Shown: positions 26,098 to 35,764 of the stretch, piece after piece
Numbering within the stretch: position 1 is the first letter of the stretch
How the letters are laid out: every line of letters starts with the position of its first letter
Source: an uncultured Gemmatimonadaceae bacterium
Lineage (GTDB): Bacteria; Gemmatimonadota; Gemmatimonadetes; Gemmatimonadales; GWC2-71-9
Length of the DNA: 53,184 nucleotides
Direction of reading: 5' to 3'
Assembly (NCBI GenBank): GCA_964501735.1
Contig: CAZCVG010000001.1
Span: 1 to 53,184 of the forward strand
Program-made: the position numbers and the translations under genes
Notes under the pieces: generated by a model
Told to the model about the DNA's origin: nothing
Seen by the model: the letters and a program-made list of their open reading frames with translations, nothing else
The model's database searches: none

Positions 26098-28333
26098 GCG
26101 GACTCCTTGCGATCCTGGTGGGATCGCGCGGCAGCTGCAGCGCGAACCGGGCCCCGCCCTCGGCGCGATTGCCGCCGGTGATCTCGCCGCCGTGCGCCCG
26201 GACGATGCCGTGCGACAGCGACAGGCCCAGCCCCGTGCCCTTGCCCTGCGGCTTGGTGGTGAAGAACGGCTCAAAGATGCGCGACAGCGCCTCCGGGGGG
26301 ATCCCCGGCCCGCTGTCGAGCACCTCGAAGCCAACCCAGTCCGCCGTGGACCAGGTGCGAACCAGCCCTTCCCGGCGCCCGGCCTGCTCCATGGCCTGGG
26401 CCGCGTTGACCAGCAGGTTGGTGATCACCTGGCGGACCTGGTCGGGGTCGGCGCTGACCATCGGGAGCGTCGGATCCAGCCCCAGGGTCCAGATGGTGCC
26501 CGGCGCCGCCAGCGCCGGCGTGGTGGCGAAGGTCTCGCGCACCAGCATGTTGAGGTCGGCGTCGCGGCGCTCCAGCGGCCGCTGGCGGGCGAAGGTGAGC
26601 AGGTCGGTGACGATCCGGGCGGCCCGCATCGCCTCCTGCTGCACCGTCTCCAGGCCGCGGCTCAGGTCCTCGGCATCCCCGGGATCGAAGCGCAGGGCCT
26701 GGGCCATCGCGGCAATCCCGGCCAGCGGGTTGTTGAGCTCGTGGGCCACGCCCGACACCAGTGCGCCCAGGGCGGCCATCTTCTCGGAGTGGGTGAGCCG
26801 CTCGCGCAGCTCCACCTCCTCGGTCACGTCCCGGCCGATCCCCAGGACCGCCCGCAGCCCGCCCCGCTCCTCCACCGGGACGATCACCGCCGCCGCCTGA
26901 CGCAGGGCCCCGTCGGCCCGGCGGAAATGAAACAGGAAGTCGCGGGTCTCGCCCTGGAAGCTGCGGGCCAGCTCGCCCGCGACGTAGTCCCACTCGGCCG
27001 GCACCACGAAGCTGTCGAGGCGGGCCGCCGCCTCCGGCCCGGCCACCCCGGCCAGCCGGATCGCGGCGCGGTTGGCGGAGAGGAAGCGATGGTGGCGGTC
27101 CAGGGTGAAGATGGCCACCGGCGCCCGGTTGAACAGGGCGCGAAAGCGGCGTTCCGAGCGCCGCAGCGCCTCGGTGGCCAGCCGCTCCCGGGTCACGTCC
27201 CTGGCGACCGCCACCACCCCGGCCGGTGTCCCCCGCTCCTCCAGCTCGGCCACCGAGACATCCGCAATGCGCACCCCGTCGGGGCGGCGGATGAGGGCCT
27301 CGTAGCGCCGGGGACCCTCGCCGGCGTGCTCCCGCGCTTCCTCCGGCAGCAGGGCGCTCAGCGGCCGGCCCACCAGCTCGGCGGGCGGCCGGCCGAACAG
27401 CTCGCCCGCCGCCGGATTGGCCAGCACCACCTGCCCCGGCGGGTCGGTCAGCAGGATGGCCTCCATGGCGGTGGCGACCAGCCGGCTGTAGCGGGACTCG
27501 AGCCGAACGTAGTGCGTCACGTCGTCCACCGCGATGACGAACCCGCCGTCGCGGCGCGGCGTGACGCTCAGCACCGCATGCTGCCCCAGCCGGGTGTCCA
27601 GGAACCGGCTGGTGCGCTGGCCGCTGAGCCGGGCCTCGCCCAGCGGGTCCCCCGCCCGGGGCCAGCCGGCGAACACCCGCTCAAGCGGCAGTCCCGGCAG
27701 GTCGGTGACCTCCACGCCCGCGATGGTGGCCATGAAGCGGTTGGCGCGCTCGATCCGGCCCGCCGCGTCCACCAGGGCCAGCCCGTTGCCGGTGCCGTCG
27801 AAGGCGGCCTGCCACTCCTGCTTGACCCGCACCACGGTCTCGGTGAGGCGGCTGCGGCCGATGGCCAGGGCGGAGAGGTCGGCGAAGGCGCGGGCCAGGG
27901 TGCGTTCCCCTGAAGCATAGGCCTTCGGTGCGTCATGATAGAAGGCCAGCCACCCCATGACCCGCCCGCCGTAGCTCAGCGGGAGGGCCGCCACGCCGGC
28001 GAACCCCTCCGCCTGCACCGCGCGGTGGATCGGGCTGGTGGTATCGGTGCGGGCATCCTCGGCGAAGTAGGCCTCCCCCCGGACGGCGCTGCCGGCCGCG
28101 TGGGTCTCGCGATAATGCTCCAGCACCTCGGCCAGGTAGGCCGGCGACAGCCCCACGACCAGCTCGGCCCGGGCCACGCCGGTATGCTCGTCCAGCAGGA
28201 ACAGCGCCGCCCGCTGGGCGCCGAAGACCCGGATGCCCTCGTCCACCACCGCCGCCATGGTGCCCGCGGCGTCCTCGGTCCCCGCCAGCAGGTGGGCCAC
28301 CCGGCCCAGCGCGGTAACGTGGGACCCGCTCAT
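26090..28333 (-). CDS. cytoplasmic GAF / multi-PAS sensor histidine kinase
   Basis: ATG at 28333 overlaps the upstream stop (ATGA). H-box VAHELNNPLAGI, N-box NLLVNAAQAM, DSGPGI, GTGLGLSL. No TM segments seen. Confidence 0.88.
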   Translation of the reverse strand: MSGSHVTALGRVAHLLAGTEDAAGTMAAVVDEGIRVFGAQRAALFLLDEHTGVARAELVVGLSPAYLAEVLEHYRETHAAGSAVRGEAYFAEDARTDTTSPIHRAVQAEGFAGVAALPLSYGGRVMGWLAFYHDAPKAYASGERTLARAFADLSALAIGRSRLTETVVRVKQEWQAAFDGTGNGLALVDAAGRIERANRFMATIAGVEVTDLPGLPLERVFAGWPRAGDPLGEARLSGQRTSRFLDTRLGQHAVLSVTPRRDGGFVIAVDDVTHYVRLESRYSRLVATAMEAILLTDPPGQVVLANPAAGELFGRPPAELVGRPLSALLPEEAREHAGEGPRRYEALIRRPDGVRIADVSVAELEERGTPAGVVAVARDVTRERLATEALRRSERRFRALFNRAPVAIFTLDRHHRFLSANRAAIRLAGVAGPEAAARLDSFVVPAEWDYVAGELARSFQGETRDFLFHFRRADGALRQAAAVIVPVEERGGLRAVLGIGRDVTEEVELRERLTHSEKMAALGALVSGVAHELNNPLAGIAAMAQALRFDPGDAEDLSRGLETVQQEAMRAARIVTDLLTFARQRPLERRDADLNMLVRETFATTPALAAPGTIWTLGLDPTLPMVSADPDQVRQVITNLLVNAAQAMEQAGRREGLVRTWSTADWVGFEVLDSGPGIPPEALSRIFEPFFTTKPQGKGTGLGLSLSHGIVRAHGGEITGGNRAEGGARFALQLPRDPTRIARSPHA

Positions 28334-29229
28334 GCCCGGGCCGCCGGGGCGAGCACCCGGATCGCATCGGGGATGACCTCGACCGTGAAGGGGGTGACCC
28401 CGTGCGGCTCCCCGTCGAGTTCCACCGGCTGCTCCACCTCGGTCTCCACGGTGATGACCCGGCCGCGGGCGTAGCGCACGAACCGCGGCTCGTCCCGGCC
28501 GCCCCGCAGGAGTTCCCACACGGCCCGGACGCTGTCCAGCAGCCCGTCGGCCCGGATCACCACCACGTCCAGGAGCCCGTCATCGGGAGCGATGCCCTGG
28601 CGGAGCCGCACCAGGGGCGGGATGACCTCTCCGCAGTTGGCCACCAGCACCAGCGCGGCATCGGCCTCGTAGCTGGTGCCGTCCACCGTGATGTGGTGGC
28701 GGATGCTGCGGAGCTCCGGCATCAGCCGGAGGGTGGTGGCGATGTAGGCGGCGAAGCGCCAGCGGTGCTTCTCGGAGGCGCTGGTCCCCGCCATCACCCG
28801 GGCATCGTAGCCGGCCCCGCAGGCCACGGCGAAGTAGTGCGGGCCATCCTCGCGCTGCATCCGGCCGAGGTCGAGGGACATCGGCTTGCTCCGGAGCATG
28901 GCCCGAGCGGCGCGGACGGGGGACAGCGGAATCCGCAGGTTGCCGGCCAGCAGGTTGCCGGTCCCACCCGGGATCACGCCGAGGGCGGTGCCGCTCCCCA
29001 CCAGGGCGGCGGCGGCCTGCATGGTGGTGCCATCGCCGCCAAACACCCCCACCACATCCAGTCCCTCCTCCACCGCCTCGGCGGCGAAGCGCCGCGCATC
29101 CCCCGGCCCGCCGGTGGCGCGAAGCTCGACCGTCCAGCCCCCCCGCTCCAGGGTCTCCACCACGGCCCGGATGCTGAGCTCCTGGGTGCGGGCGGCGGCG
29201 GGGTTGGTGATGACCAGGGCGCGGGTCAT
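28330..29229 (-). CDS. diacylglycerol/lipid kinase catalytic-domain protein (YegS/BmrU-like)
   Basis: MTRALVITNPAA start, VFGGDGTTMQAA (GGDGT) and IPGGTGNLLA. Confidence 0.85.
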   Translation of the reverse strand: MTRALVITNPAAARTQELSIRAVVETLERGGWTVELRATGGPGDARRFAAEAVEEGLDVVGVFGGDGTTMQAAAALVGSGTALGVIPGGTGNLLAGNLRIPLSPVRAARAMLRSKPMSLDLGRMQREDGPHYFAVACGAGYDARVMAGTSASEKHRWRFAAYIATTLRLMPELRSIRHHITVDGTSYEADAALVLVANCGEVIPPLVRLRQGIAPDDGLLDVVVIRADGLLDSVRAVWELLRGGRDEPRFVRYARGRVITVETEVEQPVELDGEPHGVTPFTVEVIPDAIRVLAPAARA

Positions 29230-32200
29230 CAGTACTCCCGCTCCCACAGCACGTCGAGACCGACCTGGTACTTGTTCACCGACAGGGCCGGCTGGTTCAG
29301 GGCCACCTGGCAGGAGTACGAGGGCTCGACGCTGGTCTTCAGCCGGAGCTCCCGGGTCATCCTGAACTCGGCGTTGGGATAGAACCGCTGGGTGTTGGTG
29401 CAGAGGTCCGCCACCAGGGTCACGTACCAGCGCCGCCCGATCTGCCACCCGGCGGCCACCTGGGCCAGCTGCGCGGAACTGCTCTGCCCCGACAGGCCGA
29501 CTGAGCCGCCCGCGCCGGTGCGGATGTCAATGAAGTCAATCGGCACTCCGAGATCGCTGATCAGCGCCCGCTGGATCTCGCTGGAGAAGGCGCTGGTGAG
29601 GTAGGAGAGCCCGGCCTGCACCGCGGCGTACTGGCTGCCCTGCCCCCCCTGCCCCTGCAGGCTGAACGTCGGGCGCCCGAACATCAGGTACGACACCAGT
29701 TCGGTCTGCGACAGCGCCGGCCGGCTGGCGGTCGGGGCGCTGGAAAGCTCCAGCCGGGGCTGCAGCATGGTGCCGGTGATCCGGGCCACCACGGGGATCT
29801 CCTCGCTGGTCTCCGCGGCGATCACCGTGTGGGTGGCCTCGATGTCGAGCTCGGCGTTCAGGTCGGGGGTGCCGAAGTAGCGCACGGTGCCCCGGTCCAC
29901 GGTGAAGTCACGGGTGACCAGCCCGCCGATCCGGAGGGCGTAGTTGCCGCGCACCGCATTGAGGGTGCCGTCGTAGCGGTAGCGCTCGCGGACCTTGGCC
30001 ACGGTGAGCGAGCCGTCGAGCTGGATGTTGGCCTCGCCGGAACGCAGCCAGAAGCTCTCGCCCATCTCGATGCGCAGGGTGTCGATGGCCAGCGAGTCGA
30101 GGAACCGGCTCTGGAAGTTGGCGCCCAGCCGCTCGGTGTGCACCAGGTTCAGGTCAATGAGGGTCGAGTCCCCCGGATTCTCCAGGTCCACGATCCGCTT
30201 GGTGATCAGGTCGGCGAAGTGGAGGTCGCCCTCGTCGGCGGTGACACGGCCGGTGAGCCGGGGGCGCACCAGCGGCCCGGCCAGGGAGAGGGTGCCCGAC
30301 GCGTCGAGCGTGAGGAACCTGCGGTCGTCAATGAACCGGAACCGCCGGGCCCGGAGCGTGAGGGCCAGCGCCGGGCGGGTGAGCTGCTCGAGCCGGAGCA
30401 CGCCGTTCACCCGGATGGTGCCCGGTCCGCTGCCGGCCACCAGGGAGTCAATCACGATGGAATCCCCGGTGAGCCTGGCCGACGCGAAGGTGTTCTCGTA
30501 CCGCACCCCCAGCCCCGGCACCGTGGCGAAGGCGTCCCGCACCTGGATCTCTCCACCCAGCCGGGGCTGCTGCCACCGGCCGCCGATGGTCACATCGGCC
30601 CGCAGGGTGCCGCGGACCCGCCGCAGGTTGCGGGTGAAGGCCTCGGCCACGCCGAGGTCGGTGCTGTCGGCCAGGATGCGCACGAAGAGCGGCCCGTCCA
30701 CCTGGCGCTCGGGCACCGCCTTGAGGGCCAGGTCCAGCGGCAGCTGGGCCTCGACCCGCACCACCGGCTGCCCGGTCTTCCACAGGAGGACGTTGGCCTC
30801 CAGCCGCCGGTCGGCATAGTCCACGATGCCCTGCACGAACGGCGACCCGAACTCGCCGAAGGAGAGATCGGCCAGCGACCCGGTGCCACGCAGGGTGGGC
30901 CGCGCCGCGGTCCCGCCCACGACGAGGTCCACCTGGATGCCCCCGGACACGCCGCTGGTGTCGCGCTGGAGGAGGGTGTACACATCCCGCAGGCTCAGCC
31001 CCGCCACACTGACGGCCAGGTTGCCGGCGTCCCGGCCCGGCACGGTTCCCTGGAGGGTGATGGAGCCGCTCCCATCGGCCGCCTCCAGCGCCACCGGCAG
31101 CAGCGTGATCCGCCCGGTGCCCAGGCCCGCCGTCACCGGCCGGCGCAGCCGCCAGGCATGCTCGGGGAGCAGGGCCACCAGGCTGTCCACCAGCAGCAGG
31201 CTCGAGTCGGCCGCCCGCCACCAGCCGCCGCCGCCCGAGAGGGTCGCGCCCTCGCCGACCGTCCCCGCACCCTGCCAGCGGAGCGAGTCCTGGTACCCGC
31301 CGGCCACGAGGTTGAGGTCCTTGAGGGCCCACTTCCCCACCAGCAGGCTGTCGCTCCGGACGGCGCCGCCCATCTCGGGCCGGGCGGCGCGGTTCCACCC
31401 GAAGCCCGCCGCCAGCTGCGGCGCCCACACGCCCCGCCAGCGGAGCGCGCTCCCCTGGGCCCACATCAGGAGCCGCGGTTCCCGCAGGGTGCCGAGGAGA
31501 TCCACTTCCCCGCGGGCCCGGCCGCGGAGGGGCTCGGCTGCCTCGAGCGTGTCGTCCGGCGCACCGGCGTAGGTGGTGAGCAGGGAATCGAAGTGGGTGA
31601 GGCTCTCGGCGAGGAAGGTGCCGTGGACCCGGCTCCCGGTCTCGGTCCGCCAGCCCACCGAGCCGCTGGCGCCCAGCCGGCCCGCCAGCCAGCCCAGGGA
31701 GAGAGTATCCACGGTGACAACGGCGCCGGTGCCCCGGGCCTCGAAGTGGAGCGTGTCGAAGCCGACCTCCCGGAACCGGCCCGCGCCGAGGTCGAGCCGG
31801 AGGGTGCCATCGGGGCCGGTGGTGGTGTCGTACACGCCGTCCACGGCGAGGGCGCCATCGAGGGCGGTCGCCGGCCCCTGGCCGGTGAGGCGGCTCAGGT
31901 CCAGCCGCTCGAAGCGGGCGGTCAGGCCCTCGGTCCGGAGCCGGCCCGGTCGCGGGCCGACTCCGCCCCGGAGTGTCAGGCGGCCCAGCTCGCCCGAGAG
32001 GTCCAGCGCGGTGAAGAAGCTGTCGGGCGTGCCCGCCAGCTCCACCTGCCCCCGGACGGTGCCCTGCACCGGGATCCCCGGGTAGCTGCGCCGCACACCG
32101 TCGAAGGCGAGCGGCGCGACGTCCAGCCGGGCCTGGAAGCCCAGGGTGTCGGTGCGGGTGTCGAGGACGACGCTGCCGCTGGCCCGGCTCTCGGGCAGCT

Positions 32201-33653
32201 CCCCGTCGCGGTGGGCCAGCGCGCCCCGGTACTGCACCTGCCGCCACGGGCCCTGCAGGGCGCCCCGCAGCTGCAGCCGGCCGAGGAGCTCCACCGCCGG
32301 CGCGAGGCGGCGCACCGTCCGCAGGTCCACGTCGGCGGTGTCCACCTGCAGGGTGTCGAGCACGGCGCCCTCGGCCCCGCCCAGCACCACGTGCCCGGCC
32401 ACCCGCAGCCAGGTCTCGGCGCCGCCGGGGATGTCGCGATCGAGATACCGGACGTCGGCGTTGAGGTCGAGCCCGTCGAGGAAGCCGTCGCCGCTCACCC
32501 GGCCGGTGAGGGTTCCCCGGAGCGGCAGGGTGTCGAGGTAGGGCCGGGGCACGTCGAGGTCGAGCTCGGCGAGTTCCAGCGCCATCCCCTCGACGCCCAG
32601 GCCGCGGGCCCGGTCGAGCAGCACGGTCACGTCGCCGGTGACCCGGCCGCTCCGGCCGGCGAGGCGGAGGGTGGTGAGCGCGTAGGCGGTGAGGTCATCG
32701 CCGCGCGATTCCGCCCGGACGTCGCCCCGGCCGGTCATGGCGGGGAAGTCGGGCGAGATCCAGCGCAGGTCAGCCAGGTTGACCCGCGGGGAGGAGAGGG
32801 TGAAGTCGTACAGCAGCGGCCCGCGGGGCCAGGTCACGAAGCCCTCGCCCCGGGCCCGGCTGTCAGGCAGGGCGCCCCGCTCGAGGGTGAACCCCAGGCT
32901 GTCCCCGCGCTGCCAGACGTGGGCGGCCAGGTCGGTGATGGTGAGGGCCGGGTCGGAGAGCCGGGCCTGGAGGCCGGCGATATCGATGGTGAGCGGGTCG
33001 CGCGCCGGCGAGCTGATCTGGAGCCGCGCCAGGCGCGCCTGCAGCGAGTCGAACTGGATCACCCGCCGCAAGCCCGCGTCGGTGGCCAGCAGCACCCGTC
33101 CCGGGCGGGCCCGTTCCGCCGCGATGGCGGAGTCTCGCGCCCGCGGCCCGAGGCCGTCGGGCGGGGCCCAGGGCAGGCGCAGCTCGATCTCCCCGCCGGT
33201 GATCGCCACGTCCCTGAGCAGCACCAGGGGCGGCGTCCCGCCCCCGCCGCCGCCCTCGCCCAGCCGGAAGATCTCCTGGTAATTCCACCGCCCGCCGGCC
33301 CGGCGGTCGAGCCACACCCGCGGCGCCGTCAGCTCCACGTTGGTGAAGACGAACCGGCGGGCCAGCAGGTTGGGCAGCAGGTAGCGGGCCCGCAGCCGGT
33401 CCACCTCGGCGAACGGCCGGCCCAGGGTGTCCCGGATGGCCACCGACTCCAGCTCCACCCCCTCGAACAGGCTGCCCCCCAGACGGCCCACCGTGAACTG
33501 CCCCCGGAACAGCCGGCTCAGCTCGCCGCCGGCCAGCCGGCCCAGCGCGGCGTTCCCCGCGCCGGTGTACAGCAGCGCCGCCCCCGTGCCCAGGGCCGCG
33601 GGGATGGGGGCGAAGGTCAGCGCCACCAGGAGGCGAAGCAGGAACCGCCGCAT
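29229..33653 (-). CDS. tamB: translocation and assembly module protein TamB (AsmA-like)
   Basis: 1474 aa with an N-terminal signal-anchor MRRFLLRLLVALTFAP. It has a long beta-rich repetitive body and a DUF490-like C-terminus. It lies immediately downstream of, and overlaps, an Omp85 gene. Confidence 0.8.
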   Translation of the reverse strand: MRRFLLRLLVALTFAPIPAALGTGAALLYTGAGNAALGRLAGGELSRLFRGQFTVGRLGGSLFEGVELESVAIRDTLGRPFAEVDRLRARYLLPNLLARRFVFTNVELTAPRVWLDRRAGGRWNYQEIFRLGEGGGGGGTPPLVLLRDVAITGGEIELRLPWAPPDGLGPRARDSAIAAERARPGRVLLATDAGLRRVIQFDSLQARLARLQISSPARDPLTIDIAGLQARLSDPALTITDLAAHVWQRGDSLGFTLERGALPDSRARGEGFVTWPRGPLLYDFTLSSPRVNLADLRWISPDFPAMTGRGDVRAESRGDDLTAYALTTLRLAGRSGRVTGDVTVLLDRARGLGVEGMALELAELDLDVPRPYLDTLPLRGTLTGRVSGDGFLDGLDLNADVRYLDRDIPGGAETWLRVAGHVVLGGAEGAVLDTLQVDTADVDLRTVRRLAPAVELLGRLQLRGALQGPWRQVQYRGALAHRDGELPESRASGSVVLDTRTDTLGFQARLDVAPLAFDGVRRSYPGIPVQGTVRGQVELAGTPDSFFTALDLSGELGRLTLRGGVGPRPGRLRTEGLTARFERLDLSRLTGQGPATALDGALAVDGVYDTTTGPDGTLRLDLGAGRFREVGFDTLHFEARGTGAVVTVDTLSLGWLAGRLGASGSVGWRTETGSRVHGTFLAESLTHFDSLLTTYAGAPDDTLEAAEPLRGRARGEVDLLGTLREPRLLMWAQGSALRWRGVWAPQLAAGFGWNRAARPEMGGAVRSDSLLVGKWALKDLNLVAGGYQDSLRWQGAGTVGEGATLSGGGGWWRAADSSLLLVDSLVALLPEHAWRLRRPVTAGLGTGRITLLPVALEAADGSGSITLQGTVPGRDAGNLAVSVAGLSLRDVYTLLQRDTSGVSGGIQVDLVVGGTAARPTLRGTGSLADLSFGEFGSPFVQGIVDYADRRLEANVLLWKTGQPVVRVEAQLPLDLALKAVPERQVDGPLFVRILADSTDLGVAEAFTRNLRRVRGTLRADVTIGGRWQQPRLGGEIQVRDAFATVPGLGVRYENTFASARLTGDSIVIDSLVAGSGPGTIRVNGVLRLEQLTRPALALTLRARRFRFIDDRRFLTLDASGTLSLAGPLVRPRLTGRVTADEGDLHFADLITKRIVDLENPGDSTLIDLNLVHTERLGANFQSRFLDSLAIDTLRIEMGESFWLRSGEANIQLDGSLTVAKVRERYRYDGTLNAVRGNYALRIGGLVTRDFTVDRGTVRYFGTPDLNAELDIEATHTVIAAETSEEIPVVARITGTMLQPRLELSSAPTASRPALSQTELVSYLMFGRPTFSLQGQGGQGSQYAAVQAGLSYLTSAFSSEIQRALISDLGVPIDFIDIRTGAGGSVGLSGQSSSAQLAQVAAGWQIGRRWYVTLVADLCTNTQRFYPNAEFRMTRELRLKTSVEPSYSCQVALNQPALSVNKYQVGLDVLWEREY

Positions 33654-35764
33654 CAGAACGGCTGCCCGAAGCTGAAGTGGTAGGTCAGCCGGCTGCCCCG
33701 CTCCTGCACGAAGTCGGTCTGGACCAGCTGCAGGGTGCCGTCGTCCCGCTGCAGGTACAGGGCGCCCGGCGGCTGGCTGTAGCCGTTGTAGCCGATGTCC
33801 AGGCGCGCCGGGCCAAGCGGCGTGTTGAGCCGGACCCCGACCCCGGGGGTCACCCGGACCTGCACCGGCGCGAACTCGGTCTTGCCGCGCTCATAGAGGG
33901 TGCCGGCATCAATGAACGCCGCCAGGCGCAGCCGGGACTTCCAGAACGGCGCCGGCACCCGGAGCTCCACCTGCCCCACCGCCAGGGTGTTGCCCCCCGT
34001 GGCGGAAAACCTCGGCCGCAGGGTTCCGTCGGCCAGCGCGGCCGAGTCCGCGGCGGTCAGCGTGTCCCGGCGCAGGACGTAGACCACCGGCCCCAGCCCG
34101 TTGCGCTCGAAGCCCCGGACATCGTTCGCCCCGCCGGCGTAGAACCGCTCCTCCGGCGGAATGAAGTTGCCGCTGGCGCTGTCGAGGGTGACCCGCGGGC
34201 TGAAGATCGCTCCGGCCCGCAGGTGCCAGCTGAGCACCGCCCCCGAGCGCCCCAGCGGCTGGTACCAGGCGGCGTCGCCGGTCACTCGGGTGAAGGTCTG
34301 CAGCGCCGCCGAGCCGGTGTAGCGCGAGCTGTGGCTCAGGTTGAAGGCGTACAGGTGCCCCCGGGAGGGATCGAGCGGGTTGTTGGAGCGGGGCCAGCTG
34401 ATGCCGGCCGTGACCACGCCCAGCAGCCGGCGCTCGCGCAGCCGGGACGCATCCTCCGGCGTGCAGGCGTTGAAGAACGCGCAGAAGGTGCCGGGACTGG
34501 CCTCGGTGCCGCCGAAGGAGAGCCGGTAGGCCAGCGTCACCGGGACGATCCGCGCCGTCTCCCGGCGCAGCCCCAGGCTCACGCCCACTTCCTCCCGGCG
34601 GTAGATCGCGAACTCCGACCGGCGCTCCGCGAACAGGCTGAGCGTGCCGGTGATGTCAGGCGTGAAGAACCGCGGCTGCCGCACCGCGGCGGTCAGGTTG
34701 TAGTTGGCCAGCGCCGACCCGATGGGATCATCCTTGAGGCCGGAACAGATGGAGTTCTCCAGGCCGAAGCCCAGCGGGTCGCCCACGCCGACCTTGGACA
34801 CCCGGCCGCTGATATCGAGCAGGCGGCCCGTCCCCAGCAGGTTGCGGTCGGTCCATCCCCCCACCCCGCGGAAGCAGTCGTTGGTGGCAAACCCGACCCC
34901 CGCGCGGATCCGGTGGGGCGGCCCCTCGGCCACCGCCACCGTGATGGGGACCTCGGTGCTGTCGCTGTCGTAGCGGCTGGAGTCGATGGTGACCGTGGCC
35001 AGGCGGAACAGCTCGGTCGTGTACAGCTTCCGCTGGCTCTGGAAGATGTCCTTCTGGGAGAACCGGGACCCGGGGCGCACCGTGAGCAGCTGGCGGATGA
35101 ACGTGGTGTCCACCCCGGCCGCGCCCTCCACCCGCACCGCCCCGAACCGGGCGGCCACCCCCGGGGCGACCTCCAGCGAGACCGACGCCGTGCGGGCCTC
35201 GCGATCCACCGTGTAATTGCGGAAGACCTCGGCCGCGGGGTAGCCCCGGTCGCGCAGGCGGGTGACGATGGTGTCGGCGCTGGCCTGGAACAGGAACCGG
35301 TCGAAGGGCGCGCCGAGCTTGAGCGGCAGGGCGTCGAGGATGTCCCCCCGCGAGGGGATGTCGTCGAGCCCCCCCACCGCGAGCGCCGTCACCCGGACCG
35401 GGGCCCCCTCGGTGATCCTGAATGTCAGGTGGACCGACTCCCCCGCACGCCGCACCAGGGTATCCACTTTCACCTCGAGAAACCCGCTCTGCCGGTAGAA
35501 CAGTGTCAGGCGCAGCACGTCCCGGCGGAACTCGACCGGGTCGAAGTACCGCTTCTCCCCCAGGCCGATCCACCGCACCAGCCCCGAGCGTGCGAACCAG
35601 CTCGAGTTGGTGGTGCCGATGGCGATGCTGAGGGAATAATCGGGAATGGACTCGTTCCCCTCGAACGCCAGGCCGCGCACCACCGGCGCGCTCTCTTGTG
35701 CGGCAGCCGGCATCGCCACGGCGGCGGCGATGAGCAGCCCGAAGAGCCGCGCGCGGCGCGTCAT
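33653..35764 (-). CDS. Omp85-family outer-membrane assembly protein (TamA/BamA-like, POTRA + beta-barrel)
   Basis: MTRRARLFGLLIAAAVAMPAAAQE signal peptide and POTRA-like repeats. The C-terminus is YHFSFGQPF, with the terminal aromatic typical of OMP barrels. Confidence 0.85.
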   Translation of the reverse strand: MTRRARLFGLLIAAAVAMPAAAQESAPVVRGLAFEGNESIPDYSLSIAIGTTNSSWFARSGLVRWIGLGEKRYFDPVEFRRDVLRLTLFYRQSGFLEVKVDTLVRRAGESVHLTFRITEGAPVRVTALAVGGLDDIPSRGDILDALPLKLGAPFDRFLFQASADTIVTRLRDRGYPAAEVFRNYTVDREARTASVSLEVAPGVAARFGAVRVEGAAGVDTTFIRQLLTVRPGSRFSQKDIFQSQRKLYTTELFRLATVTIDSSRYDSDSTEVPITVAVAEGPPHRIRAGVGFATNDCFRGVGGWTDRNLLGTGRLLDISGRVSKVGVGDPLGFGLENSICSGLKDDPIGSALANYNLTAAVRQPRFFTPDITGTLSLFAERRSEFAIYRREEVGVSLGLRRETARIVPVTLAYRLSFGGTEASPGTFCAFFNACTPEDASRLRERRLLGVVTAGISWPRSNNPLDPSRGHLYAFNLSHSSRYTGSAALQTFTRVTGDAAWYQPLGRSGAVLSWHLRAGAIFSPRVTLDSASGNFIPPEERFYAGGANDVRGFERNGLGPVVYVLRRDTLTAADSAALADGTLRPRFSATGGNTLAVGQVELRVPAPFWKSRLRLAAFIDAGTLYERGKTEFAPVQVRVTPGVGVRLNTPLGPARLDIGYNGYSQPPGALYLQRDDGTLQLVQTDFVQERGSRLTYHFSFGQPF

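Noticed and set aside
29829-33683. 1284-aa ORF on the plus strand, plus similar giants at 33677..36400 (+), 4031..5677 (-), 41081..42934 (-), 44607..46184 (-), 26045..27913 (+), 6103..7140 (-) and 13..1068 (-)
   Set aside because: All of them lie antisense to genes with clear family motifs. Their translations are low-complexity Arg/Pro/Gly/Ala strings with no motifs. Long stop-free antisense frames are expected at this GC content.
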